Origin: Convolutriloba macropyga
Lineage: Eukaryota
Length of the DNA stretch: 64,000 bases
Direction of reading: 5' to 3'
NCBI RefSeq assembly: GCF_964194025.1
Contig: NC_134468.1
Span: forward strand, 86,056,001-86,120,000
The notes under the pieces are model-generated. The model searched no databases, had not been told where the DNA came from, and saw only the letters and a program-made list of their open reading frames with translations. The translations under genes were made by a program, and so were the position numbers. Positions 38,393 through 50,086 of this stretch are shown here, piece after piece. Position 1 is the stretch's first letter; every line of letters begins with the position of its first letter.

Positions 38393-38805
38393 AATTGCTC
38401 TGGAACGAATTTTGAAGTAATTGTTGTACACGTGTTTGTCTTTTTATGCAAAATTTTTTGCTTCACCGTTTTCTTCTAGAATATTTTTGGATTTCACTTC
38501 TTGAGTGAATTTACACGAGTGTGTTTTTGATATTTTGCGGGACCTAATTTCATCTTATCGAGTACCGAGAAATTAAGTTTTGGTTGTTATTAAATCAAAA
38601 GCGATTGTAAGCTAGGAGAGCAAAAAGGCCAGACAGCAGAGTGGTAAATGCTTCAGTTTATAACGGAGCATGTCAAGGATCCGAATCCCGCCTTGGTGAG
38701 ATTTTTTTGCACCCATAAAGAATATTTTCTTTGCTACAGCGCCGTTTGATTAATTTTCCCCGCCTGTCATTCAAGAGCGATTTGTCTGATATTAGTCAGT
38801 GTATG
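38393..38805 (+). mobile_element. HINE-like element, family B, with tRNA-like core 38628-38698
   Basis: AATTGCTCTGGAACGA ... CATTCAAGAGCGATT subTIRs; 3' hairpin CTGA-TATTAG-TCAG; D-arm GCAGAGTGGTAAATGC. Confidence 0.65.
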
Positions 38806-38950
38806 TTTTGTTGACTAAACGACAAATTTCTGTCATTCTTCATATAGCAATAGTGGCTAGAAAAGATTTGACCTTTTAATGCAATTTGTACGCATCGTGT
38901 AATCAGTTTATCGCCTAACACACAGTAGAAGGGATTTAAATTATCTGTTT

Positions 38951-39371
38951 GATAGCCACACTGCGATAGCTGGGACTATTATTGGACGTCCTCTTGGTTT
39001 TTTGTGGTCAAGATTTTTGTTAAGACCATATGACGTCACAGGCACTTGAAATCTGCCTTTTGTTCATTCGTTCATGCAATTTCAACAGAAGTGTGTGCGT
39101 GACGTCATTTCTCACTCTGAGTGGAGCGAGTTTTTTGTTCATTCGCGTATAAGGTCAAGTGAATGTGTGTCAATCTAAATGAAGTTTGAGAACAGCTAAT
39201 AGAGGTAGCAATAACTTATACAGATTCATAATCTGTATAATATCTCACTGTATAAATCTTTTGGTCTGTCTTTACTGTTTTTACACTGCAGATCTTTTAA
39301 ATCTTTTACTGTTTTTAGACTGCAGATCCACGAAGCTAATGTGGCTATTTTCTGGCAATCTGTCAGCTATG
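38951..39371 (+). mobile_element. HINE/DINE-1-like element, family A (duplicate at 44287-44681)
   Basis: GATAGCCACACTGCGATAGCTG...GTGGCTATTTTCTGGCAATCTGTCAGCTATG. Confidence 0.7.
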
Positions 39372-39477
39372 TTAAGTGAGAGCTCATCCTTACTTACAGA
39401 CTTCCCGGAGGCAGGGGATCGAATTATCGATCGTTGGCGTGTCAATCACACGCCTTAACTCTCGGCTATGACGCCAC
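39372..39477 (-). mobile_element. tRNA-derived SINE (other copies 44682-44787 minus and ~62190-62300 plus)
   Basis: Minus strand reads GTGGCGTCATAGCCGAGAGTTAAGGCG (A box)...ATTCGATCCC (B box), with a tail GATGAGCTCT.ACTTAAC shared by the 62190 copy. Confidence 0.6.
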
Positions 39478-39613
39478 TGTTTCTTAGTTTCAATACCCAA
39501 TGGGTTTTTTAGGAACTATATCCGAAAAAAGAAAACTTGAACAGTTAAAATTATACTAAGTTTTTTGATCGCATTGTAAACGTTAGAATTACAGTCGCAA
39601 TTTTGTTTTGATT

Positions 39614-40125
39614 AATAGCCGCCGTCAGCCTCTCAACTGCTATTATTTTGGCGCTTTTTTAATTCGCTTTACCGTTTGATCACGTTTTTTTGTTCTTAAG
39701 TCTCGATTTTCTTGATTGACTTGATTTACCTCACTCACTTGTTCAACTGAATGGATTTTAAATTCTTTCACGGATTGAATTACGCAATGTAGTGAATACG
39801 GTCAAAGTCAAAAGATCAAAATCAAAAGAAACAGGGTAAGCATTAAGGCCGGTCATTAAGTCATAGTGCATTAGGTTATCAAAGTTCATTAAAGTGATTG
39901 ATAGCTGGCATTAGAATTATGCTTAATAGCGTTCCGTATAGAAGTTGAATTAAGTGTAATTTAGGAATCTAGCCGAATATGCAGAATTTGCACACCAAAT
40001 AAAAAAGTTTTGACACTTAAAAATATTATGTCAATTTCTCTCTTATTCTTCTCTTTTTCTGTTTCAATCCTAATGTGCGCCAAGAGGGTAAACAGCGGAT
40101 TTTTTTTGGCAATTTGCCGGCTATG
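39614..40125 (+). mobile_element. HINE/DINE-1-like element, family A
   Basis: AATAGCCGCCGTCAGCC...TGGCAATTTGCCGGCTATG. Confidence 0.7.
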
Positions 40126-40428
40126 TTTGACTTATAAACGTTTACAACATTTTTCTAGTACACTTTGTGCGCAATGAATTTTTGAGCATCGTGTAATCAA
40201 ACAATACTAATTGAAATTTAGATTTCCCGGTCTCATCACACAATTAATGAATGCAACTAAAACGAAAACTAAAAGTTAAAATTTTACAAGGATATTGGTC
40301 GTACCGTAAACGTTAGGTTTCTATTCGCAATTTTGATTTTTGTCGTGCCTGATCGGACCTTAAGCCTCTAGATTCCTGCTGTTAATTATACTGTTGTTTA
40401 CTCTTTGTCAAGCTGAATGGATGTTTAG

Positions 40429-40710
40429 GAAACATGTGAATACTCAATAGACCCTTGCTTTAATGATGAAACAATTAATTACGACAACGAACCCGACCAA
40501 TCAACGGCTGATGATCAACGTACATTATCGGTAGTAACTATCGGCTATCTTCCGAATGTGAATCAAATTGCAACTCTTAACCACCTGGGCCAGTGTCCTT
40601 CAGCAGAAGTGCTCTCAACAGCTGTCAAAAAATTCATTGAGAGTTGCCCACAAGTCTATGCTGCCGTCCAAACCTTTTTGAAACAAGATGCCCAAAATGA
40701 AAATATTTGA
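40429..40710 (+). CDS. EXOSC6: EXOSC6 terminal exon, copy 1 (gene about 289 aa)
   Basis: TTTAG acceptor, phase 0. ETCEYSIDP...VVTIGYLPNVNQIATL..LG...LSTAVKKFIESCPQVYAAVQTFL..stop matches the MTR3 C-terminus (DP; TVA.MP.LNQV; GC..LY..LQ..L). Confidence 0.88.
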   Translation, partial: ETCEYSIDPCFNDETINYDNEPDQSTADDQRTLSVVTIGYLPNVNQIATLNHLGQCPSAEVLSTAVKKFIESCPQVYAAVQTFLKQDAQNENI

Positions 40711-41542
40711 GAGAGTTTGTGTTTTCTATCGTTTATAGTTGAATGAACTATTAGAGAAGTATCTGGCTATGACTATGTCTTTTGTTTACTGATATCTGAT
40801 AGAATTTTAGTGTTCACATCTACTTTTTACTATTCACAGTGTCTTTTTTAATCAGTACTTTTGTTGGAGTGAAATTGGAGCTGAAATGACATTGAAAATG
40901 AGAGCGATTAGTTCCTCTTTAGTCAGTATTATATCTTTCATAAGGGATCAGGACATTTTTATTGATGAGTTTTGCTGCACGAACGCTGACTTAAGTGCAG
41001 CTTTGGTGAAAAAAAAAACAAATTCAAAGCTTCAAAACTGCACAACTTGTTTTATTAGATCATTTTGTGTTAACAGCAACAGCTACAATACGGGCTTGAT
41101 TTTTCAATTTTTTAAAAGGAAACTATTCTAAAAGTACCTTCAATCTACCTTAACACTCTTGTTTCAATGAAATGCAATTATCCCTCTTACAATTTGCGAA
41201 AACTTAGATTTTGGGGGGTGCTAAATTAACGGCTCTATGGGGGGGGCTAGCAGAAAAGATCAAGTTATTGCAGGTTAAGGAGACCTAAATATTTCCTTGA
41301 AAGAAACTGGATAAAATGGCTACTAATGCTCTAATAGTGCTACCATAAAAGCACGGTTTAAATCTAAAGAATGCTTGAGGAGGCAGATTTTCTTGAAGAG
41401 CGATTCTGCACCTCGTCCTTATTTTAATATCTCCTTCGCTTTTTTCGGGCCCTCTGAGCTAGCTACTCTATGCTCAATGAAACTAAAACCAAAGCCAACC
41501 CCTCCGCTTGAGACCGCTATCTGACGCTAGTCGTTTGTTTGT

Positions 41543-42181
41543 AATAGCCGCGAAGTGATAGCGGCTATTATTGAGGACATCGTGGTTTTTTAATTCGTCG
41601 TTACCATCGATGATTCTTGCGACCTGACTTCTTGGAATTGACTTTTTCAATTTCACTGATTTCTACTGCTTTGCAGTTAAAATTTGTGTGCGTGACGTCA
41701 TTTGTTCTGCTTTTAGGTAAATTGCGTGACTTACCTCACTCACAAAATGACTTCTGAACTCGCTTAATAAACCTTTACTAGTTGTCAATAGTGTGCATCT
41801 AAGTAGTGACAAACGTGTATGCCCTAATTCTTGAGAATTAGAGTCTTGATTTTATGGTTCCGAATATTAATTTTGAAAAAGCTCTATTAGGGTTTTTTAA
41901 AAAGACCACCAGTCCTTTAATAGATTTAATAGACCACTAGACTTTTTGGTTAGATTCAGACTCTCATTTTTATAACACATACGCTCTATAAGCTCAATTT
42001 TGAAAGAGCTTATATAGCGTATGTGTTAAAAAAATGACATTCCGAATCTAAGCAAAGTCTAGTGGTCTATTAAATCTATGAAAGGACTGGTGGTCAATCT
42101 ATCTTATTTCTTTTGTTGTTTCACTTCATAGAAGGCCACAAGCGTCTATCGCGGCTATTTTCCGGCAATCTGTTGGCTATG
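41543..42181 (+). mobile_element. HINE/DINE-1-like element, family A, containing a 192-bp foldback
   Basis: AATAGCCGCGAAGTGATAGCGGCTATT ... GCGGCTATTTTCCGGCAATCTGTTGGCTATG. Confidence 0.7.
41904..42095. repeat. Long inverted repeat (~92-bp arms, 10-nt loop)
   Basis: GACCACCAGTCCTTT...ATAAGCTC-AATTTTGAAA-GAGCTTAT...AAAGGACTGGTGGTC. Confidence 0.9.
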
Positions 42182-42924
42182 TTTGATATCAAATGTTGCG
42201 AAGTATTCCTTTAAGTATATTTATAATGTAATAATAATAAATGTAATAATAATAATTTATCGGGTAAGTCAGCTCGAGATGACTTCAATTTTGTCGCTGT
42301 CTGGATTTGAAGGACTTCGATTTTCGCTGTTTCATTTTGAAAGGCGCCCTGGTCACTGCTCGTGCAATAATAGAAATATGTTCTACTTGTGCTTCTGCTT
42401 GTTGTTCTTAGAATTTCTGTCAACTTTTCAGTTGAAACGCAGATAAAACTCCTCGAGAAACTGTTGAATTTTTGCAGTTGAGAGTGGGCAGATTGCGATT
42501 ATCCAACTTGGGAAAACTTATGTCAAATTAAACACCGCTCTTGAAATTTTTGGTTTAAATTTTGTCTTTCATTTGCGGGATTGTTCCGTTATTGCCCCCG
42601 CCCTCAAGTTTGTTATTCCCTCGTTACAAAATTTGCAATATTGCATGGACAACAAGTGCGCTATTATACTAGCAACGGTTGCGTGATTGTAAATATTTTT
42701 TTACTGCTTAAATTGTTTTTTTTTTTACAATTTATGGAGCGTTTTTCTTTACTTGTGCGATTTTGTGAAAAAACAACATTGAAGCGTTGACACACACTTA
42801 TGTTTTGAGCGTTATTGTCAGTAAAAAAATTATTCGCAATTGGGACCCTGCTAGCTTTTTGAGGCGTTTTTAAGTCAATATAATCTCGTTATTTTATTTT
42901 TGAATGGTTTCTGATTTGCTTGTT

Positions 42925-43197
42925 AATTGCTCTCAAACGAAGTTTTGTAGCAATTATATTGGTCCTGTCGGTCTTTTTATTTATGCGATTTTTATATATG
43001 CAATCATATGCGTTTTTTCTCTTGACCAATTTTTCGTCTGACGCATTTGAATTTTCGACCTCAAAAACGAGATAAACAGGGTAGCTTCCGGCGAGCATTA
43101 AGCTAAAGCTAGCCTGACTAAACCGTGGCTAGCTACTGACGAAGCCAACCGCTCGCCGGTTGTTTGAGAGCAATTCGCCCGACGTTAGTGCGGAATG
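42925..43197 (+). mobile_element. HINE-like element, family B termini with a non-tRNA interior
   Basis: AATTGCTCTCAAACGA ... TTGTTTGAGAGCAATT; interior shared with ~11250-11340 and ~25660-25735. Confidence 0.65.
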
Positions 43198-43289
43198 TTT
43201 TTTGTGTTATTCTAAATGGGACTATTTTGATTTTTTTGTTCAAATTCTTCGCCTACAAGGTTAAATAAGGATTTTCAAAAAAAACTTTT

Positions 43290-43676
43290 ATTTGTTGCTC
43301 CAGCGAAGCAATATTTTTACAAAACTTTTTTTACAAAACATTGCGTTTGATCGTTGCCCTCGAGAAAGTTTTCTCGATCTTACTTTTCGAGTGAATTTTT
43401 CACGCTTGACTGTTTGAATTTTTTCGAGTGCTATGAATTGTGCGGATTCAGAAAAGTCTGTTACTAAAATAAAACCGATTGTTATCGATGACCTTACTTT
43501 GCACTGTGCGTAGTGTCTATGAGCCCGTGTAGCATACTGGCATCCGAGAGGTGGCCGGTTCGAACCCCTCACCAAGTGTTTACCACCATAAAAGTTCCTA
43601 TAGCTATCTATTGTCAACTTAAGTAATTCGCCTCGCCACTCGTTCAAGATCAATTTGTACGTCAGTCGTTTTATGT
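43290..43676 (+). mobile_element. HINE-like element, family B, with a tRNA-like core (~43500-43578)
   Basis: Scaffold AAGTCTGTTACTAAAATAAAACCGATTG, B box GGTTCGAACCC and 3' TCGTTCAAGATCAATT. Confidence 0.65.
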
Positions 43677-44966
43677 TTGTTCAAACATTGAAATGGGGCG
43701 GGTCAAAATAAGTAGTGATAAATATGTTGATAGACTTTGATGTCAATCAATTTTTACTGTGATAGTGTCGACGATTCCACTTCGTTTTTAGATTGTTATA
43801 TAAATCATCTTCACGCGGGGAAAAACCGAAGCTTGAATTCGAACGCGAATGTGCACTTTATAATATGGCAGACGTTACTACCATTACAGCCAGCTTGAAT
43901 TTGTGTAGAGTCCGGGGCTTCTGAAAAATTTCGGCAGCTCGTGAATTTTGATTGGTTGCTAAACCATTTTGTCGAGTTATTGTTACTGCAAAATTAAATT
44001 TTTTGCTTCAAGGATTGAGACCATATAAAACCCTTTTTTCCGTAGGGAACCAGAAGATTATTAATAGTTTGTGGAACATTCTATTATTCGTTTAGGCGCA
44101 ATATTGGTTGAAATTTTTTAGTCCTGCGGAGTAGGGATTTGTTTTGTTGACTAAACGACAAATTTCTGTCATTCTTCATATAGCAATAGTGGCTAGAAAA
44201 GATTTGACTTTTTAATGCAATTTGAACGTATCGTGTAATCAGTTTAGTGCCTAACACACAGTAGAATGGATTTAAATTATGTGTTTGATAGCCACACTGC
44301 GATAGCTGGGACTATTATTGGACTTCCTGTTGGTTTTTTGTAGTCAAGATTTTTGTTAAGACCATATGACGTCACAGGCACTTCAAATCTGCCTTTTGTT
44401 AATTCGTTCATGCAATTTCAACATAAGTGCGTGCGTGACGTCATTTCTCACTCTGAGTGGAGCGAGTTTTTTGTTCATTCGCGTATAAGGTCAAGTGAAT
44501 GTGTGTCAATCTAAATGAAGTTTAATTGAGAACAGCTAATAGAGGTAGCAATAACTTACACAGATTCATAATCTGTATAACATCTCAGTGTATAAATCTC
44601 TTGGTCTGTCTTTTTTTACGGTTTTTAGACTGCAGATCCACGAAGCTATTGCGGCTATTTTCTGGCAATCTGTCAGCTATGTTAAGTGAGAGCTCATCCT
44701 TACTTACAGACTTCCGGAGGCAGGAGATCGAACTATCGATCATTGGCGTGTCAATCACACGCCTTAACTCTCGGCTATGACGCCACTGTTTCTTAGTTTC
44801 AATACCCAATGGGTTTTTTAGGAACTATATCCCAAACTATATCCTAAACGTTAGGTTTCTATTCGCAATTTTGATTTTTGTCGTGCCTGATCGGACCTTA
44901 AGCCTCTAGAATCCTGCTGTTAATTATACTGTTGCTTACTCTTTGTCAAGCTGAATGGATATTTAG

Positions 44967-45248
44967 GAGACATGTGAATACTCAATAGACCCTTGCTTTG
45001 ATGATGAAACAATTGATTACGACAATGAACCCGACCAATCAACGGCTGATGATCAACGTACATTATCGGTAGTAACTATCGGCTATCTTCCGAATGTGAA
45101 CCAAATTGCGACTCTTAACCACCTGGGCCAGTGTCCTTCAGCAGAAGTGCTCTCAACAGCTGTCAAAAAATGCATTGAGAGTTGCCCACAAGTCTATGCT
45201 GCTGTCCAAACTTTTTTGAAACAAGATGCCCAAAATGAAGATATTTGA
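44967..45248 (+). CDS. EXOSC6: EXOSC6 terminal exon, duplicate copy 2 (open frame)
   Basis: TTTAG acceptor, 282 nt, no indels or premature stops; differs from copy 1 by about 10 substitutions. Confidence 0.65.
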   Translation, partial: ETCEYSIDPCFDDETIDYDNEPDQSTADDQRTLSVVTIGYLPNVNQIATLNHLGQCPSAEVLSTAVKKCIESCPQVYAAVQTFLKQDAQNEDI

Positions 45249-45960
45249 GATTGTTTTCTATCGTTTTTAGTTGAAAGAACTATTAGAGAAGTATCTGGCT
45301 ATGACTATGTCTTTTGTTTACTGATATCTGATAGAATTTTATTGTTCACATCTACTTTTTACTATTCACAGTGTCTTTTTTAATCAGTACTTTGGTTGGA
45401 GTGAAATTGGAGCTGAAATGATATTGAAAATGAGAGCGATTAGTTCGTCTTTAGTCAGTATTATATCTTTCATAAGGGATCAGGACATTTTTATTGCTGT
45501 GTTTTGCTGCACGAACGCTGACTTAAGTGCAGCTTTGGCGAAAAACACAAATTCAAAGCTTCAAAACTGCACAACTTGTTGGAGGTTTCTGCAGTTATTA
45601 CAGTTGCTAGAATGAGGCCATTTTTGGCTAACATACAAAACTTGGGCGTAATGTCCTGACTAATTTCCTGATTTGCCAAATTAATCCCCTCCGCACCAAC
45701 AATGTTCGCTCGAAGATTGGCATTAACGAATTAAGTAAAATATGTAATATGCTGCCTGACTGAAATCTTATCGGATAAAATTGCAGTCACCTGTCGTCGG
45801 ATCATCAAAATATCCTGATTATCAGTTACCGTCCCGTGAAAATAATTTTAAGTGGCGTCTAGGAAGACGTAGAAGAGGCAAATCTAGAAAGGGCCACAAC
45901 AACGGCAACCAAATCACAAAGAGTGTTTTTGATACGTCAATGTGCTGATGACAAACAACT

Positions 45961-47218
45961 GAAGATTGTGGGAATTTTCGAACAATCAGTCTAATGAGTC
46001 ACACCCTGAAAATCCTCTTTAAGGTTTTGCTAGCTCGAATAAAACCAGTGCTGCACAATGAGATCAATGAGTGCCAATATGGGTTTATGCCGGGCAAAGG
46101 TACCAGAAACGCAATTTTTATCCTCCGTATGCCCAGTGAACGTTGCATTAAAGTCAACCGAGATGTCTACTGCTGTTTCGTTGATTTCAAGAAAGCATTC
46201 GACAGAGTCCAACATAACATCTTGTTTGAACTCTTGTCCGACTTGGATATAATGGACAAAGATCTCAGGATAATCTCAGAACGTGTACTTTTATCAGCAA
46301 GCTGTCGTTCGTCTTGACAACGAGATGCCTGAACCAGTATCCATCTGTAGAGGTGATCGACAAGGCTGTGTGATGTCGCCAGATCTGTTCTCATATTACT
46401 CAGAGGTAATTCTGCGTGAAGCAGATGGTTGTCGTGGAGGTGGTAGTGGTCGGTGGTTTGAATTTGACCAACATCCGGTACTCCGTGACACAGTCCTAGT
46501 GAGCTCAGAGAGAATTGCAACATCTTCTGGACGTTGTCAACGAGAAATGCAAACAATTTGATATGCATATCAACGCCCAAAAGACAAGTGATGGTAATAT
46601 CGAAAACCCCCCGTGTCCGTAACAGCGAATATCTTTCTCGATGGCGCTCCTTTGAAAACAGTCAGATCTTTTGTGTCCCTGGGATCTAAACTGTCGGCTG
46701 ATGGTCGATTGCACGAAGATATCTGCAACCGAATGAGCCATGCCAAAAGTGCCTTCTTCAAGAGGAAATCGCTTCTCTGCAACCCCAAGCTGGATTTGGG
46801 AATGAGGTTTAGACTCTGGCGCTGCTACGTCCTTCCCATTCTGTTGTATGGATGCGAATCATGGACGACTCTTGAAACAGGTCGACGGAAAATGGCGGCT
46901 CTTGAAATGTGGTTCCTCCGCAGGATGCTGCGAATCAAGTGGACTGATAAAGTCAGTAACGAAGAGGTGATGGTCCGAGCAGGAGGACAGCGGTACCTAT
47001 TGAATAGTATTGTCAAGCGACAAGTTCATTTTTTTGGACTCTTGATGAGAAAACAAGATTGAATGGCAAGTGATGACTGGGAAGATTATAAACAAGAAGT
47101 CTTGAGGTTGACAAAGATTGAGCCGCGTCGAATTGTGCAACAACCGCTGTTTTTGAGAGGCTGAGAGAGAGAGAATTGGTCGCCGAATGACATATATTGG
47201 TCGCCATATCATATCAGA
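45961..47218 (+). mobile_element. Decayed RTE-clade LINE ORF2 (RT) fragment
   Basis: FRTISLMSHTLKIL, QYGFMPGKGTRNAIFILR, FVDFKKAFDRVQH, RQGCVMSPDLF and YVLPILLYGCESWT...EMWFLRRMLRIKWTDKVSNEEV; frameshifted. Confidence 0.92.
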
Positions 47219-47425
47219 NNNNNNNNNNNNNNNNNNNNNNNNNNNNNNNNNNNNNNNNNNNNNNNNNNNNNNNNNNNNNNNNNNNNNNNNNNNNNNNNNN
47301 NNNNNNNNNNNNNNNNNNNNNNNNNNNNNNNNNNNNNNNNNNNNNNNNNNNNNNNNNNNNNNNNNNNNNNNNNNNNNNNNNNNNNNNNNNNNNNNNNNNN
47401 NNNNNNNNNNNNNNNNNNNNNNNNN
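47219..47425. other. Assembly gap (N run)
   Basis: Run of N next to the RTE fragment. Confidence 0.99.
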
Positions 47426-48310
47426 GTAAATTGAGCGGAAGTAGAAAAATTGTCGGACATTTTACAATTATTCGAGATCGACCACTGAGTACTTCCTGTA
47501 CACCGACCTAGAGACCTGTTGTCATACACCATGGCTTCGATAGTGAAAATTCGATGCAGTTAAATTGGCGATCACCTACCTGAAGCTTCAAGCATGTATT
47601 AGAGAACCCAGGGTACGATTTTTTTGGTCACTAAAACTTGCAAATGCTGTTTTGCGGCCCAAACTTAGCGGCCCTCTCGCACTAAGGAAACATAATTTTT
47701 GGTGGTGAGACCGAAACCACTAATACTTTTGACATTTCCCATCAAAACCTGAAAACAGGAAATAGCTGAAAAGCAGGAAAAAAATAGAAAAATTGACGAA
47801 AACTTCTCGTTTAATAATTTGCAGAACTGTACTCTTAATTTCAATTTTAATTAAAGTCTAATCCCCTTCGTACCCTTTGGTTCTCTAAATAAGTTAGCAC
47901 ATGAGTCTTAGCCCCCCCCCCCTCGGGCAGCTAAGATTTATGTGCTAACATAGACTTTAAAATGTTTCATGTGAGCAGTTGAAAACGGCTAACCCACTCC
48001 CTGCTAAAGTCAACGAACACAGGAATACAACTTTCTCTGAAACTGTTTCTTAAATTTAATTAATTTGATTAACTGCCATGCTCGACTAATTTTAAGATCA
48101 GTGAGTTTAAAATTGCTCTTTAATACCGTCTTATAGGAGCTTTGTTATGCTAAAATTAAGCCCTAATCAGCCGGCTTCTTTTAAGCTGTTGGATTCAACT
48201 CCCCCTACTCATGCATTGAGTGAAATCTTGTTGCAAGGTGAATTGTTTTCTGATACTATGTCGCTTTTTAGTGTCTTCCATTGCGCTCTTTTTCGTCTTT
48301 CAGGATAGTC

Positions 48311-50086
48311 ATGTCTGTTGAAGATGAAGCAGACAGTGACTTCGATGTGAACAACCTGAATGAAACCAACATTGTCGAGTTTCTAAACAAGAAATGCAAG
48401 TCGGTAGACGATGTCAAATACTGGCTCGAGTTTTTCTCTAACCGGCTTAAAAATTTAGATCTGCAAAATGAAGGCGATAGCTCAAATGAGCTATCGTTAC
48501 TCCGAAGTATGACAGAAGAGGCGAGAGCTGATTTAGTCAGGATGCGAGAACTGAAGAAAAAGCGGGAACTCTTAATGAGAAAAATAGCAAATATTCAGCT
48601 CGAAACTGAAGAATTTGTGGACAGTTTGAGGGAAAAATGCGATCGGCTGAAGAAATTGGAAAAGCAGCGTGAACAAATGGTGGCTTTGAAGGAGTTCAAA
48701 TCAATTTTGAAGAAAATGAACGATGCATATCAAGAATCGACCCCTAAAGCCATCATGTTTTACTCTGAAGCTGTAACTGTTTATCAGAACTTACCAAAAG
48801 ATTGCAACCAAAATTTGGAAGTTAAAATTTATGCAAAAATTGAGGAATGGGAAACGAAGTTGATCGAAACTGTTAAAAGCGACTTTTTACGGACAATGTC
48901 AAAGTTAGGATGGGGTAGTAATGAAATGAATGCCTTATCAGGTAGTCAACTGAAAGAGGCCGAAAGAGAGCAATTAGTTAGTCAAAGAAATTCGTTATTT
49001 CTACAACTGCTCGGTTTACAAAAACCAGTCAAAAGAAACATTCTTGAATTGCAAAATGATTCGGAAAATGTAGGCGAATTATTACCCCCAATAAGTGCAC
49101 TCCTAATTGTGTTTAAAAAGCGATTCTATTTCCATTTTTATGGAGATAGAAAGACAAATAACGTTGAGAAACCCGAATGGTATTTAACCCAAGTTCTAAA
49201 ATGGGTTCAGGACAGCAGAGACTATTTAGACGAAGAGTTCCAGCCACTTGTAAACAAAATGTGGAGTAAACCTGTCAATGTGAAAGTTATGTTTGTGGAG
49301 GGTTTACTGGGCTTTATTAGGACCAAAATGCGACAGGACCTGACACAAGTTGTTTATAACGAAACTTTGTTGTCGCATTACGTTGATGAAGTTCTGAATT
49401 TCGATCGCGAATTGGAAAGCTCGATTGATGTTGAAAATATCGATTGTTGTTTCTACTCGCCTATCCAGCAATTGCTTTTGAATGAATCTGTATTCCCAAA
49501 ATGGATTGAAATGGAGTCGAACTTGGTCAAGGAAAAGCTGGACTTGCTCCTCTCGGACTGGGAAAACTGTTGGAAACCGGAAGTATTGGACGATCCGTAT
49601 CTCAAGTTCATTCCTCGATCGGCCAACATGTTTTTAACACTTTTAGATTGCATTTCAAATCGATATCAAAGGTTGCCAAGTTTCAAACATCGCAAACAGT
49701 TTTTTCTTGTTCAACTCGAGCTGTTAGATGAGTTTCGCACTCGTTTGATGCAGTTGAAAAATCAGGAAAAGGTGATTCCTCTGAACGAGTCCTTCATAGG
49801 TATCCTGAACTCGGCGTATTACGTCACTCGAGTTTTGACACAATGGTCGAGCGAGGTGCAATATTCCACATTATCGCTCCCCAATGTTGATGGCGTTGTC
49901 AATTCATCAACAATTGAGATTCAGGGTAATGTTGGCCCGTTTGATTATCAGATTGAGACTATGAATTTGTTCATACAGGATTGTGAATTAATTTTGGCTC
50001 GCTATGTGGCCAATCAGATCAAAGAGAAGGTGCAGCTCTACAGGTCGCAGAAGTTTTGGTCCAAGAGTGAACCTAAAAAGTCGCAG
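48311..50086 (+). CDS. RINT1: RAD50-interacting protein 1 / TIP20 family, exon 1
   Basis: N-terminal coiled coil, then FKKRFYFHFYGDRKTNNVEKPEWYLTQVLKW, LLSHYVDEVLNFDREL and FFLVQLELLDEFRTRL; CAG|GTAAAG donor. Confidence 0.95.

Larger units (their letters stand above)
38804..45580 (+). repeat. Dispersed direct duplication 38804-41051 / 44140-45580 containing the EXOSC6 last exon and 3' UTR; copy 2 lacks ~39523-40307
   Basis: Colinear high similarity from TGTTTTGTTGACTAAACGAC to CACAACTTGTT. Confidence 0.93.

Noticed and set aside
43830-43900. Minus-strand tRNA-like sequence (TGGCTGTAATGGTAG...GTTCGAATT)
   Set aside because: Box-like motifs only, with no convincing stems; at most a degenerate SINE head.
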